From Candidatus Omnitrophica bacterium UBA6215 (lineage in GTDB: Bacteria; Omnitrophota; Gorgyraeia; Pluralincolimonadales; Pluralincolimonadaceae): DNA of 64,000 nucleotides. Both the position numbers and the translations under genes were made by a program. Under the pieces are notes generated by a model. It made no database searches and had not been told where the DNA came from. It saw only the letters and a program-made list of their open reading frames with translations. Each line of letters opens with the position of its first letter. The first letter of the stretch is position 1. The stretch lies in contig DISH01000005.1 in assembly GCA_002421665.1 (NCBI GenBank), positions 14,092 through 78,091 of the forward strand, given 5' to 3'. Positions 27,765 through 36,326 of the stretch are shown here, piece by piece.

Positions 27765-29075
27765 ATGGTCAAAGTGAGATTTGCCCCGTCTCCGACGGGA
27801 TTTTTGCATATAGGGAGCGCGCGCACCGCTTTATTTAACTGGCTGTTTGCCAGGCATGAAGGCGGTATTTTTGTATTCAGGATAGAAGATACCGACAAAG
27901 AACGCTCGAAAGACGAATTTCTCCAGGAAATAATCAGCTCGATGAAATGGCTCGGGATGGATTGGGACGAAGGGCCATATTACCAGACCAAGAGGATCGA
28001 TGTATACCGGGATTACGCCGGCAGATTATTAAAGGAAGGCAAGGCCTACGAGGCCGAAGGTACGCTCGGCGGGCAGAAGGCCGTAATATTGTCGATGCCG
28101 AAAGAGACGATGGTGATGGACGACATCGTGCATGGCAAGGTATCGTTCGATATGAACCTTCAGAAAGACCTCGTGCTTATAAAGTCCGACGGTTTTCCCG
28201 CTTATAACTTTGCCTGTGTTATCGACGACAATGATATGAAGATAACGCACGTCATAAGGGGCGACGACCATATCTCCAATACGCCTAAACAACTGGCAGT
28301 ATATAAGGCCCTGGGTATCGAGCCCCCGAAATTCGCGCATATTCCGCTGATACTGGGCACCGACCGGTCCCGCATGTCTAAGCGCCACGGTGCTACGTCA
28401 ATATCTGATTACAGGCAGATGGGGTTTCTCCCGGACGCCCTCGTTAATTATATATCACTTTTGGGCTGGGCACCCTCAGGAGACAGGGAGATACTGCCTA
28501 TTAAGGAGATAATAAAGGAATTCTCGCTTGAGAGGGTAGGTAAGACCGGAGCGGTATTTGATATAAACAAGCTCATATGGATGAACGGGGAATATATCAG
28601 GGCCAAAGGGCCGGAAGAACTTATGGGGATGGTCATGCCGGGCTTGAAAGAAAAAGGTATTATAAAGGGAGACCCCGATAAGGACAGGCTCCTGGATGTC
28701 GTAAAATTGTTCCATCCCAGGGCCAAGACTCTTGAAGAGCTTTCTAATTCGGCCGTTCCTTTCTTCACGGACGAAGTAGCATACGATGAGGCCGCAGTGG
28801 TCTCTGTTCTGGGAAAAGAAGGCGCCGGGAAAAAACTCGAAGCGGTGGTCGAGAGGTTTTCATCCATCCCTGTATTTGATACCCCGGGCCTGGAAAATTG
28901 CGTAAGAGACCTTGCCTCAGAATTGGGCATCAAGGCCGCCGATCTTATCCATCCGATAAGGGTTGCCGTTACCGGCAGCAAGGTAGGGGCCAGCCTGTTC
29001 GAGACGGTGGCGCTTGTCGGCAAGGAGAAAACCATAGAGCGGTTGAGATCGGCCATAGGGAAAGCAAAACCATGA
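27765..29075 (+). CDS. gltX: glutamyl-tRNA synthetase
   Basis: VRFAPSPTGFLHIGSARTALFNWLFAR (HIGH) and KMSKRHG (KMSKS). Confidence 0.9.
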   Translation: MVKVRFAPSPTGFLHIGSARTALFNWLFARHEGGIFVFRIEDTDKERSKDEFLQEIISSMKWLGMDWDEGPYYQTKRIDVYRDYAGRLLKEGKAYEAEGTLGGQKAVILSMPKETMVMDDIVHGKVSFDMNLQKDLVLIKSDGFPAYNFACVIDDNDMKITHVIRGDDHISNTPKQLAVYKALGIEPPKFAHIPLILGTDRSRMSKRHGATSISDYRQMGFLPDALVNYISLLGWAPSGDREILPIKEIIKEFSLERVGKTGAVFDINKLIWMNGEYIRAKGPEELMGMVMPGLKEKGIIKGDPDKDRLLDVVKLFHPRAKTLEELSNSAVPFFTDEVAYDEAAVVSVLGKEGAGKKLEAVVERFSSIPVFDTPGLENCVRDLASELGIKAADLIHPIRVAVTGSKVGASLFETVALVGKEKTIERLRSAIGKAKP

Positions 29076-29854
29076 AAAAGACCTTATTGTTGTGCCTGAT
29101 ATTGCTGTTGTACATTGCCGTATTGTCCGAATGCCGGGCTGATAAGATCTATTATATAGACGGCAGGATCGTTGACGAGCAGATAGCCGGCCGCAACAAG
29201 GACGTGATAAAGATACAAAGGTCTTCCGGTACGGTAAGCGTAAAGAGGGACCGCATAGACAGGATACTCAGTGATGACGGTTCGATATCAAAATATGATT
29301 ACGAAGGCATATGTAATGCCATTAGAGACAAGGTAAAGGAAGGCAATTATGCGGAAGCGGCTTCCCTGTCCGACCTGTTGCTGCAGTCATTTTCCAAGAG
29401 CGCAGAAGTTCATTACCTGAGCGCGGTCCTTAACCATAAAGCCGGCAACATTTCCAAGACCAAGGAAGATTATAATTTTGTGCTGGAGTCGGGAACCGTT
29501 GACGCGAAGATACTCAATAATCTCGGTGCAATATACGCGACAGACAGGGATAATGATAAGGCGATCGAGATGTTCAACCAGGCTATAGAAAAGGATCCCG
29601 GCTTGACCGAAGCGCATTTTAACCTGGCAGGACTTTTGCTGGAAAAGAAAGACTACCCCGCTGCGATAAACGAATACAACAAAGTAATAGAAAGGGAGCC
29701 CGATAATACGGAAGCCCTGTATAATCTGGGTGTCGCGTATTTTAACAGGAGAGATATATCGTCCGCGCGCAATAATTGGAAGAGGATCCTTTCCGTGGAC
29801 CCGGATAACAGAGAGGCCAAGGCTGCCTTGAATGCGCTTTCTTCAGGAAATTAG
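29072..29854 (+). CDS. secreted TPR-repeat protein
   Basis: Start MKKTLLLCLILLLYIAVLSEC overlaps the gltX stop (ATGA). TPR repeats (AHFNLAGLLLEKKDYPAAINEYNKVIEREPDNTEALYNLGVAY). The track ORF 28898 start is rejected. Confidence 0.75.
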   Translation: MKKTLLLCLILLLYIAVLSECRADKIYYIDGRIVDEQIAGRNKDVIKIQRSSGTVSVKRDRIDRILSDDGSISKYDYEGICNAIRDKVKEGNYAEAASLSDLLLQSFSKSAEVHYLSAVLNHKAGNISKTKEDYNFVLESGTVDAKILNNLGAIYATDRDNDKAIEMFNQAIEKDPGLTEAHFNLAGLLLEKKDYPAAINEYNKVIEREPDNTEALYNLGVAYFNRRDISSARNNWKRILSVDPDNREAKAALNALSSGN

Positions 29855-29920
29855 GGTTGAAAACCGGTTTTCTTGTGGTAAAATTATATAAGAAAAGAGG
29901 TTAGGACGAGGGAAGGCAAT

Positions 29921-31135
29921 ATGAGCAGAAAAAAAGGGGTTACATTCGTAGAGATACTACTGGCGCTCACGGTCATCGCCGTGTTCTTCGGGCTCATCTT
30001 TGCTTTTTATAAGAACGCCATAAACAAGTCTAAATACGTTGAAGCAGTTGCGACGGTCTCCAACATAACAAAAGCAGAAGAGATGTACAAGATGGATACC
30101 GGCGAATACGTAGCGGCCGCTAATACGCAGGAGGTAAATGAACGCCTTGGCATGAACATAGAGCCAAGGTGGTTTAATTATAAGGTGGTAGGGGTAACTA
30201 ACGATAACTTCATAGTGCTTGCCGAGAGGATCCGCGATGACATAGAATCCGGCAATCTTGAAGGCGATGATGTCGTTATCGCGATGGATAATTCGGGGCC
30301 CGTTTCCCCGTCCGACATTAATCGGAACGAGCCTTCCCTTGATGATACTTCCGGCGAAGGAGGGCCTCCTCCCGGCAGTAACAGCCCGGGCGGGGGTAGT
30401 CCGGGCGCGGGCAGTCCGGGCGGAGGGGCTCCGGGAGGCGATTCCGGCACTCCAGGCAGCGGGGATTCCAGCCAGAGCAATCCCACCGGAGGCGGATCGG
30501 AAAAACATGATTACGAAGATACGGTAGATGTCCCGGATGATGTCATAGCATTACTCAGCGGGACCGTAAACGGCGATTATTTTTATAATCTAATAAATGA
30601 CAACGACATAAATGTAGTTTATTTTGATTTCAGCCGTCTTTACGGGGATTTCGTTTATCTATTTCCTCTTGCAATGTGGACAGGACTGGATGATCAGCCG
30701 TATTTCGATTACTTTAACAATGACAGCGATACCCTTTACAGCAATACAATATATGTTAACTACCTGCTTGAAGAGGATACGGATATTTTTGGTTCCGCTT
30801 ACAGCGATAAAGCGATAGCTTCGGTAGTGACCCATGAAGCCACTCATGCCGATTACAGTTACAATCCGGATTTCTGGATAAATGATGCAATAGTCAATCA
30901 CGGGCAATCTCCGGAAGATATACACATAACCCAAGATCCGTATGATTCGATAGATCAGGAATATAATGCGTTTAATAATGCCACGCTAGTCTGGGGCGAG
31001 ATAAAAGGGACGGAAACTAACGAAGAGCTTGACGGTTGGCTGGATATAGTTGGAAGCGAAATCGCCATGAAACAGGAAGTTCGCTCCCGTTACTCGAGCC
31101 TAAAGGATGAAGAGGGTAATTATATAGAATTTTGA
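29921..31135 (+). CDS. prepilin-type (class III signal peptide) protein fused to a Gly/Pro/Ser-rich linker and a C-terminal HExxH putative metallopeptidase domain
   Basis: MSRKKG|VTFVEILLALTVIAVFFGLIF, with Glu at +5 after the predicted prepilin peptidase site. Pilin-like N-terminal helix. Low-complexity GGPPPGSNSPGGGSPGAGSPGGGAPGG. C-terminal D/N/Y-rich domain with VVTHEATHADY (HExxH). Confidence 0.6.
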   Translation: MSRKKGVTFVEILLALTVIAVFFGLIFAFYKNAINKSKYVEAVATVSNITKAEEMYKMDTGEYVAAANTQEVNERLGMNIEPRWFNYKVVGVTNDNFIVLAERIRDDIESGNLEGDDVVIAMDNSGPVSPSDINRNEPSLDDTSGEGGPPPGSNSPGGGSPGAGSPGGGAPGGDSGTPGSGDSSQSNPTGGGSEKHDYEDTVDVPDDVIALLSGTVNGDYFYNLINDNDINVVYFDFSRLYGDFVYLFPLAMWTGLDDQPYFDYFNNDSDTLYSNTIYVNYLLEEDTDIFGSAYSDKAIASVVTHEATHADYSYNPDFWINDAIVNHGQSPEDIHITQDPYDSIDQEYNAFNNATLVWGEIKGTETNEELDGWLDIVGSEIAMKQEVRSRYSSLKDEEGNYIEF

Positions 31136-31153
31136 AGATAGCCAGGGGGATGT

Positions 31154-31750
31154 ATGGTATATAAGAGACGCCTGTTTTTGGCAATAGTCTCAGGAGCTGT
31201 TATGATAGGCCTTTTATCAGGTTGTTCCGGCGGTTTTAAATATGATAAATATGTTACTAAGGATCCAATGCTCGGATTGCGGGTCGAATATTTAAAAGGC
31301 TGGCTTCATGGTGAGTCGAGAGGATCTAAGGAAAGTTATGCGGAAGTTTTTTTTGGTGAGCCGCCAAAAGATAAGTCGGCCAGTTTTAAGCCTTTTATGA
31401 GCATTGTCGCCAGGAACGCTTCTTCTGTAGGGATTGCAAAAAAAGACCTTTCGGGCGTAGCTGATGCCGTGATATCGGATAATATAAAGATACATCGCGC
31501 TTCAGAAATACCGGGCTCGAAAACAGCGATCAAGCTTCCCGCGGGAGACGCCATAGAGTCAACCTTCAATTTTGATACTTTCGACAGGATATATACGGTA
31601 GGGAATAAAAAGATAAAGGTGACCGAAAAGCAGGTAGTCCTCTTGAAGGGCTCTAAGGTATATATATTAAGCTACAGGAATAAACAGGAAGATTTTGATA
31701 AGTATTCCAAGGCTTTCAGGCATTTTGTTAAATCCGTCAGGTTCCAGTAA
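31154..31750 (+). CDS. lipoprotein, unknown function
   Basis: Lipobox LLSGCSGG. 198 aa. AT-rich gene like the 3' half of the preceding gene. Confidence 0.5.
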   Translation: MVYKRRLFLAIVSGAVMIGLLSGCSGGFKYDKYVTKDPMLGLRVEYLKGWLHGESRGSKESYAEVFFGEPPKDKSASFKPFMSIVARNASSVGIAKKDLSGVADAVISDNIKIHRASEIPGSKTAIKLPAGDAIESTFNFDTFDRIYTVGNKKIKVTEKQVVLLKGSKVYILSYRNKQEDFDKYSKAFRHFVKSVRFQ

Positions 31751-31817
31751 CCTTCCTTTACACAGTCCTTCGAATAGGGTATAATACATACTCTTGGATT
31801 GACAGAAGCTGATCTTC

Positions 31818-31891
31818 TGCCCCGTCGGGTAATGGTAGCCCACAAGATTCTGGATCTTGCTGTCTTGGTTCGAGTCCAAGCGGGGCAACCA
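31818..31891 (+). tRNA. tRNA-Gln (anticodon CTG)
   Basis: Manual fold: U1-A72 acceptor TGCCCCG/CGGGGCA, D-arm GGGTAATGGTAGCCC, anticodon stem CAAGA/TCTTG with loop TTCTGGA, T-arm CTTGGTTCGAGTCCAAG, CCA encoded. Confidence 0.85.
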
Positions 31892-31897
31892 CTATAT

Positions 31898-31929
31898 AAA
31901 AACCCCGGCATTAAATTGCCAGGGTTTTT
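31898..31929. terminator. bidirectional rho-independent terminator between tRNA-Gln and the convergent RND pump gene
   Basis: AAAAACCCCGGCA...TGCCAGGGTTTTT inverted repeat with A-tract and T-tract on either side. Confidence 0.6.
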
Positions 31930-31952
31930 ATTATGTCTCGGCGCCTGCACGT

Positions 31953-34900
31953 TTAGGCGTCGAGATCTTTTTTTCCTTCCAGTTTATTCCTTGCCGCATC
32001 CGAACGGGTAAGTTCGAACCTGTCGAGGAATTTTTCCTGGAACTTCTGCATATAAAGGAATATACCCGGGGTAACAAGGAGGGTTACGACCTGCGAGAAT
32101 ATAAGCCCGCCGACCACTATCAGGCCGAGAGGCTTCCTGGATGCCCCGTCGGCACCGTAGCCTAAGGCTATAGGCATGGCGCCCATTATGGCGGCAAGTC
32201 CCGTCATGAGTATCGGGCGGAACCTGACAAGGCACGCGTTATATATGGCGTCGAAATTGCTCATCTTGTTCTTGACGAGGTTCTCATTTGCGAAATCAAC
32301 CATCATGATGCCGTTCTTTGCCACGATACCCAGGAGCATGAATATGCCGACATAGGCATAAAGCGAAAGCTCGGACCTGAACAGCCAGAGAGTAGCCAAT
32401 CCTCCGAAGGTGGCTACCGGGAGCGTCGTGAGTATTGTGAACGGATGAACGTAGCTTTCGTAAAGTATCCCGAGTATGACATATTTGATGAATATGGCGA
32501 CGATTATTAGTATGCCGAGGCTCGCTATGGATTCCTTGAACTGTTCCGCCTCTCCCTGCAGCGCACCGGTCACGCCGTCGGGAAGTATCTTCCTCGTCGT
32601 CTCCTCCAGCGCCTTTGTGGCGTTGCCGAGGGGGACGTTAGGCGCGAGGTTGAAGGAGAGGGTGGATGAATTAAGCTGGTTGAGATGCGGGACGTTCTGC
32701 GGCCCTAGCGCCAGCTTCCATTTTGCCACAGAGCTTAAAGGGACCAGCTTGTTCGTTATAGAGGACCTTACGTATATCTGGGAAAGGTTTTCCGGTCTCT
32801 TTTGGAAATTCTTTGTAAGCTCCACTATGACGTCATACTGGTCGATATCGGTCTTATATTCAGTGACCTTACCTCCCGCGTAAGCCAGCGTCAGGGCGTA
32901 TTCTATGTCGTGGGCGGTTATACCGAGGGTAGAGGCCCTGTCGCGGAGTATCTCGATATCCAGTTCCGGTAAGTCCAGCCTTGTACTGTTTTGTATGTCA
33001 AGGAAGCCGGGCAGCTGTTTCATGGCTTCCTCAAGTTCAAAAGATGTCTCATAAAGTTTGTCCTGGTCCGGCCCTATGATCGTATAGGAGTATTTGCTTC
33101 CGGTGGCGGTCGCTTCTCCTCCTGCACTCAACTTCAGGGCCGGGATCGCCATGACGTAAACTACGCCGTCGGGTATACGGGATAGTTTAGCGCGCAGGTC
33201 GGGGACCACCTTTTCCATAGGCGCCCTTTTATCTATCGGTTTTAAAGTCGAGAAGAATATGCCGGTGCTTTGGTCGGCGCCGGGCTGCATGCCGGTTACC
33301 GAAATGACCTTTTCGACATTCTTATCGTTCAGGAGGACCTCGTTTATCTCTTCCTGGAAAGTCTTGATCTGTTTTGTGGATGTCCCGAGAGGCATCATCA
33401 TCTGGCCCATGACGGCGCCGCTGTCTCCTTCGGGGAGGAAGGTCTGCGGGACAATATAGAAGAAAAAGACGGTACCGCCGAAGCACAAGACCCAGGCTAT
33501 GAGCGTGGTTATCGGCCTTTGCAGGGTCCACTTGAGGGCGGCCCCGTATTTGTTTATCATGCCGTTCATGAACCTGTTTATGAGCTTCTGGAGCCAGGAC
33601 TCCTTGGAGTTCTCCTTGAGCATGCGGGCGCACATCATAGGAGTGAGCGTAAGGGAAACTATGCCTGAACACAGGATAGCCACGACGACCGTAATGGAGA
33701 ATTCACGGAATATCCTGCCTACGACCCCTCCCATAAAGACCAGCGGGACGAATATTACCGCCAGCGAAAGGGTCATTGAGATGATCGTGAAGGTTATCTG
33801 GTCGGCGCTCTCTATGGCGGCGTCCATCGGTTTCTTCCCGGATTCGATCAGCCTTACCGTGTTCTCGAGGACAACTATGGCATCATCCACAACGAACCCG
33901 ATACACAGGGTAAGGCCCATTAATGACATCTGATCGAGACTGAAGTGCATCGCGTACATGACGACGAACGTCGCTACGACCGACAGGGGAAGGGAGATGC
34001 TTGGTATTATAGTGTCCGATAAGCGTCCGAGGGAAAGGAATATAATAAAAACAACGAGAGTGATGGCTATAAGTATCGTTTCTTTTACGTCATTGACGGA
34101 CTCAACTATCTCTATGGACTTGTCGTAGAATATGTCCAGTTTTGCCGATCCTGGCAGTTCCTTCTGCAGGGAATCCACCAGCGTGCGGATCTCTTCGGAA
34201 AGGGCAACCGTATTGGACCCCGCCGCACGCGAGACGGCTATGATCACATTGTTGGCCTTCATGCCTTCTTTAGGGTTGCCGTAAGTCGGGTAGATGACGT
34301 CGTTGTCCAGGCTGTCTATGCACCTTCCGAGATCCTTCAGTCTTACCGGCGCATTGTTCCTGTAAGCGACTATCAGTTCTTCGTAATCCTTCGCCTTGAA
34401 TATCTGGCCGTCCGGCTGGATGGAGAAAGACCTGACATCGCCGTTGAGGCTTCCGCCCGGGATAAGGACGGTTCCCGTGGATACCGCCTGTGCCACTTCA
34501 TTTATTCCTATCTGAAAAGCGGATAATTTATTCGGGTCTACTTGTACCCTGACGGCCGTTTTGGCGCCCCAGACCTGCACCTGCGAAACGCCGTCTATCA
34601 TGCTTATCCTTTTTCCGACGGTCCTGTTTCCCAGATCGTATAATTGACCCGGGGTAAGCGTGTCGGAATTCAGCATGAGGTAGAGTATAGGCGTATCGGA
34701 GGGATTGACTTTCTGGTAAGTAGGAGGAGCCGGCAAGTCGGTCGGTAAATCGCCCGCGGCAGCCGAGATAGCCGCCTGGACATCGGGGGCGGCCAGGTCA
34801 ACGTTGCGGCTAAGGTCGAAAGTAAGGATTATCTGCGATTGACCTTCCGTATTGTTCGAAATAATGCTTGTAAGGCCCTGGATCTGGGTGAACTGGTTCT

Positions 34901-35102
34901 CCAGGGGAGATGCCACCGCGGAAGCCATGGTGTCCGGGCTGGCGCCCGGGTAAGACGCGGTAACGAGAATAACAGGGTAGTCTACTACCGGCAAATCGCT
35001 TATAGGCAGCGTGAAGTACGCGAATATACCGAATATAGTCACGACCACCATCAAAAGTGTGGTCATGATGGGTTTTCTTATAAAATTCTCAGAAAAGCTC
35101 AT
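31953..35102 (-). CDS. RND efflux transporter, HAE1 (AcrB/MexB-like) inner-membrane permease
   Basis: 1049 aa, 12-TM topology with two large periplasmic loops. N-terminus FIRKPIMTTLLMVVV...PVVDYPVILVTASYPGASP is typical of AcrB. Confidence 0.9.
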   Translation of the reverse strand: MSFSENFIRKPIMTTLLMVVVTIFGIFAYFTLPISDLPVVDYPVILVTASYPGASPDTMASAVASPLENQFTQIQGLTSIISNNTEGQSQIILTFDLSRNVDLAAPDVQAAISAAAGDLPTDLPAPPTYQKVNPSDTPILYLMLNSDTLTPGQLYDLGNRTVGKRISMIDGVSQVQVWGAKTAVRVQVDPNKLSAFQIGINEVAQAVSTGTVLIPGGSLNGDVRSFSIQPDGQIFKAKDYEELIVAYRNNAPVRLKDLGRCIDSLDNDVIYPTYGNPKEGMKANNVIIAVSRAAGSNTVALSEEIRTLVDSLQKELPGSAKLDIFYDKSIEIVESVNDVKETILIAITLVVFIIFLSLGRLSDTIIPSISLPLSVVATFVVMYAMHFSLDQMSLMGLTLCIGFVVDDAIVVLENTVRLIESGKKPMDAAIESADQITFTIISMTLSLAVIFVPLVFMGGVVGRIFREFSITVVVAILCSGIVSLTLTPMMCARMLKENSKESWLQKLINRFMNGMINKYGAALKWTLQRPITTLIAWVLCFGGTVFFFYIVPQTFLPEGDSGAVMGQMMMPLGTSTKQIKTFQEEINEVLLNDKNVEKVISVTGMQPGADQSTGIFFSTLKPIDKRAPMEKVVPDLRAKLSRIPDGVVYVMAIPALKLSAGGEATATGSKYSYTIIGPDQDKLYETSFELEEAMKQLPGFLDIQNSTRLDLPELDIEILRDRASTLGITAHDIEYALTLAYAGGKVTEYKTDIDQYDVIVELTKNFQKRPENLSQIYVRSSITNKLVPLSSVAKWKLALGPQNVPHLNQLNSSTLSFNLAPNVPLGNATKALEETTRKILPDGVTGALQGEAEQFKESIASLGILIIVAIFIKYVILGILYESYVHPFTILTTLPVATFGGLATLWLFRSELSLYAYVGIFMLLGIVAKNGIMMVDFANENLVKNKMSNFDAIYNACLVRFRPILMTGLAAIMGAMPIALGYGADGASRKPLGLIVVGGLIFSQVVTLLVTPGIFLYMQKFQEKFLDRFELTRSDAARNKLEGKKDLDA

Positions 35103-35108
35103 ATGAGC

Positions 35109-36326
35109 CTATTTACCTTTGGTTTGGGCCTGCTGTGTTTTAGGGGTACTTATCTCCACGTCAACGCCTTCCCGCAGCCCCATCTGTCCGGCCGTTACCA
35201 CTTTCTCTCCGGCCTTGACGCCGTCCTCTATTATGATATGGTCGTCTATCTTGTTTCCGACCTTTACATTTCTTTCGTCGGCTTTGTTATCGGATGTCAC
35301 GACGAACACATAATTATATAACGCGCCGTCTTTTTGCCCGACCTGCAGCGCCTCATAAGGGATGATCACCGCATCCTTTTCTTCTCTCAATATGAGGCGG
35401 ACCCTGGCGAACTGGCCCGGCCACAGCGATGTATCCTTGTTCGGGACGACCGCCCTCAATAGTATCGTACCGGTCGTATTGTCTACCGAGTTATCAACGA
35501 AATGCAATTGGCCTTCGTGGTCCCCGGAAGCATCATCATCCTCATCTTTTTGTGAAGCGGAGCCGCCGTTATTGCCGTCCTTTTCGAGCCGTATCAGTAC
35601 CTTCAACTGGTTCTTGGACATCGCGGCCCTTACTTCTTCCAGGTTCCTTTCGGGTATGGTGAAATCCACGTAAAGAGGGTCCACCGTCTTGATATTGACC
35701 AGGACAGGCCCGTTATTTGCGGTAACGATATTGCCGGGATCTACCTGCCGTTTGCCGCATACTCCGTCTATCGGAGAGGATATATAGCAATAGCCGAGGT
35801 TGATCTTGGCCAGTTCGATGTTGGCGTTATCGAGTTTTATCATGGCCTCGGTGGAGGTCACGTTGGTCTCGTATTTCTCGAAATCCTGCTGTGATATGAG
35901 TTCCCTGGCCAGGAGCGCCCTGTTCCTTTCCAGGGTATCCTTGTTCAACTTCAGGTTCGCGAGGTCCTGTATAAGCTGTGCCTCGGCTTTGTCCAATGTG
36001 GCCTTGTATTGGCTGGGGTCTATCGTGAATAACATATCCCCGGTTTTAACGATATCCCCGTCCTTGAAATGCACTTCTTTGATCTCTCCGGTCACCTGGG
36101 ACATCACGTTGACGTCATAGGGGGAATAGAGGTTCCCGAAGGACTCGAGGAATATATATGCGTCTTTCTGTTCCGCCTCGGCGGCTTTGACGACCTTAGG
36201 CATGGCTTTCTTCTCGGGAGGCTTACGGCTGCAGCCTTTGACTATCAGAAAAGCGGCCGCGACGGCCAGGGCTATCCAGAATACGAGTTTCAATTTTCCG
36301 AGGATCGATTCCCATAGATTTTTCAT
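35109..36326 (-). CDS. RND efflux periplasmic adaptor (membrane fusion protein, HlyD/AcrA family)
   Basis: Lipoprotein signal with Cys, coiled-coil hairpin, beta-barrel/MP domains. Directly upstream of the RND permease gene. Confidence 0.85.
   Translation of the reverse strand: MKNLWESILGKLKLVFWIALAVAAAFLIVKGCSRKPPEKKAMPKVVKAAEAEQKDAYIFLESFGNLYSPYDVNVMSQVTGEIKEVHFKDGDIVKTGDMLFTIDPSQYKATLDKAEAQLIQDLANLKLNKDTLERNRALLARELISQQDFEKYETNVTSTEAMIKLDNANIELAKINLGYCYISSPIDGVCGKRQVDPGNIVTANNGPVLVNIKTVDPLYVDFTIPERNLEEVRAAMSKNQLKVLIRLEKDGNNGGSASQKDEDDDASGDHEGQLHFVDNSVDNTTGTILLRAVVPNKDTSLWPGQFARVRLILREEKDAVIIPYEALQVGQKDGALYNYVFVVTSDNKADERNVKVGNKIDDHIIIEDGVKAGEKVVTAGQMGLREGVDVEISTPKTQQAQTKGK

Noticed and set aside
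29857-29870. Perfect 14-nt palindrome GAAAACCGGTTTTC after the TPR gene
   Set aside because: Most simply a terminator-like hairpin. There is no second copy and no adjacent motif suggesting a regulatory site.
30340-30480. Tandem GC-rich DNA repeats (AGTCCGGGCGSGG units) that superficially resemble a short repeat array
   Set aside because: They lie inside a reading frame and encode the SPGGG/SPGAG low-complexity linker of the pilin-HExxH protein. There are no spacers or CRISPR-like periodicity.
31672-32011. Small ORFs overlapping tRNA-Gln (31672..31950 -, 31799..32011 +), tRNA-Leu (38528..38752 -) and tRNA-Glu (40556..40771 -)
   Set aside because: They coincide with manually folded tRNAs that have canonical T-arms and encoded CCA ends.
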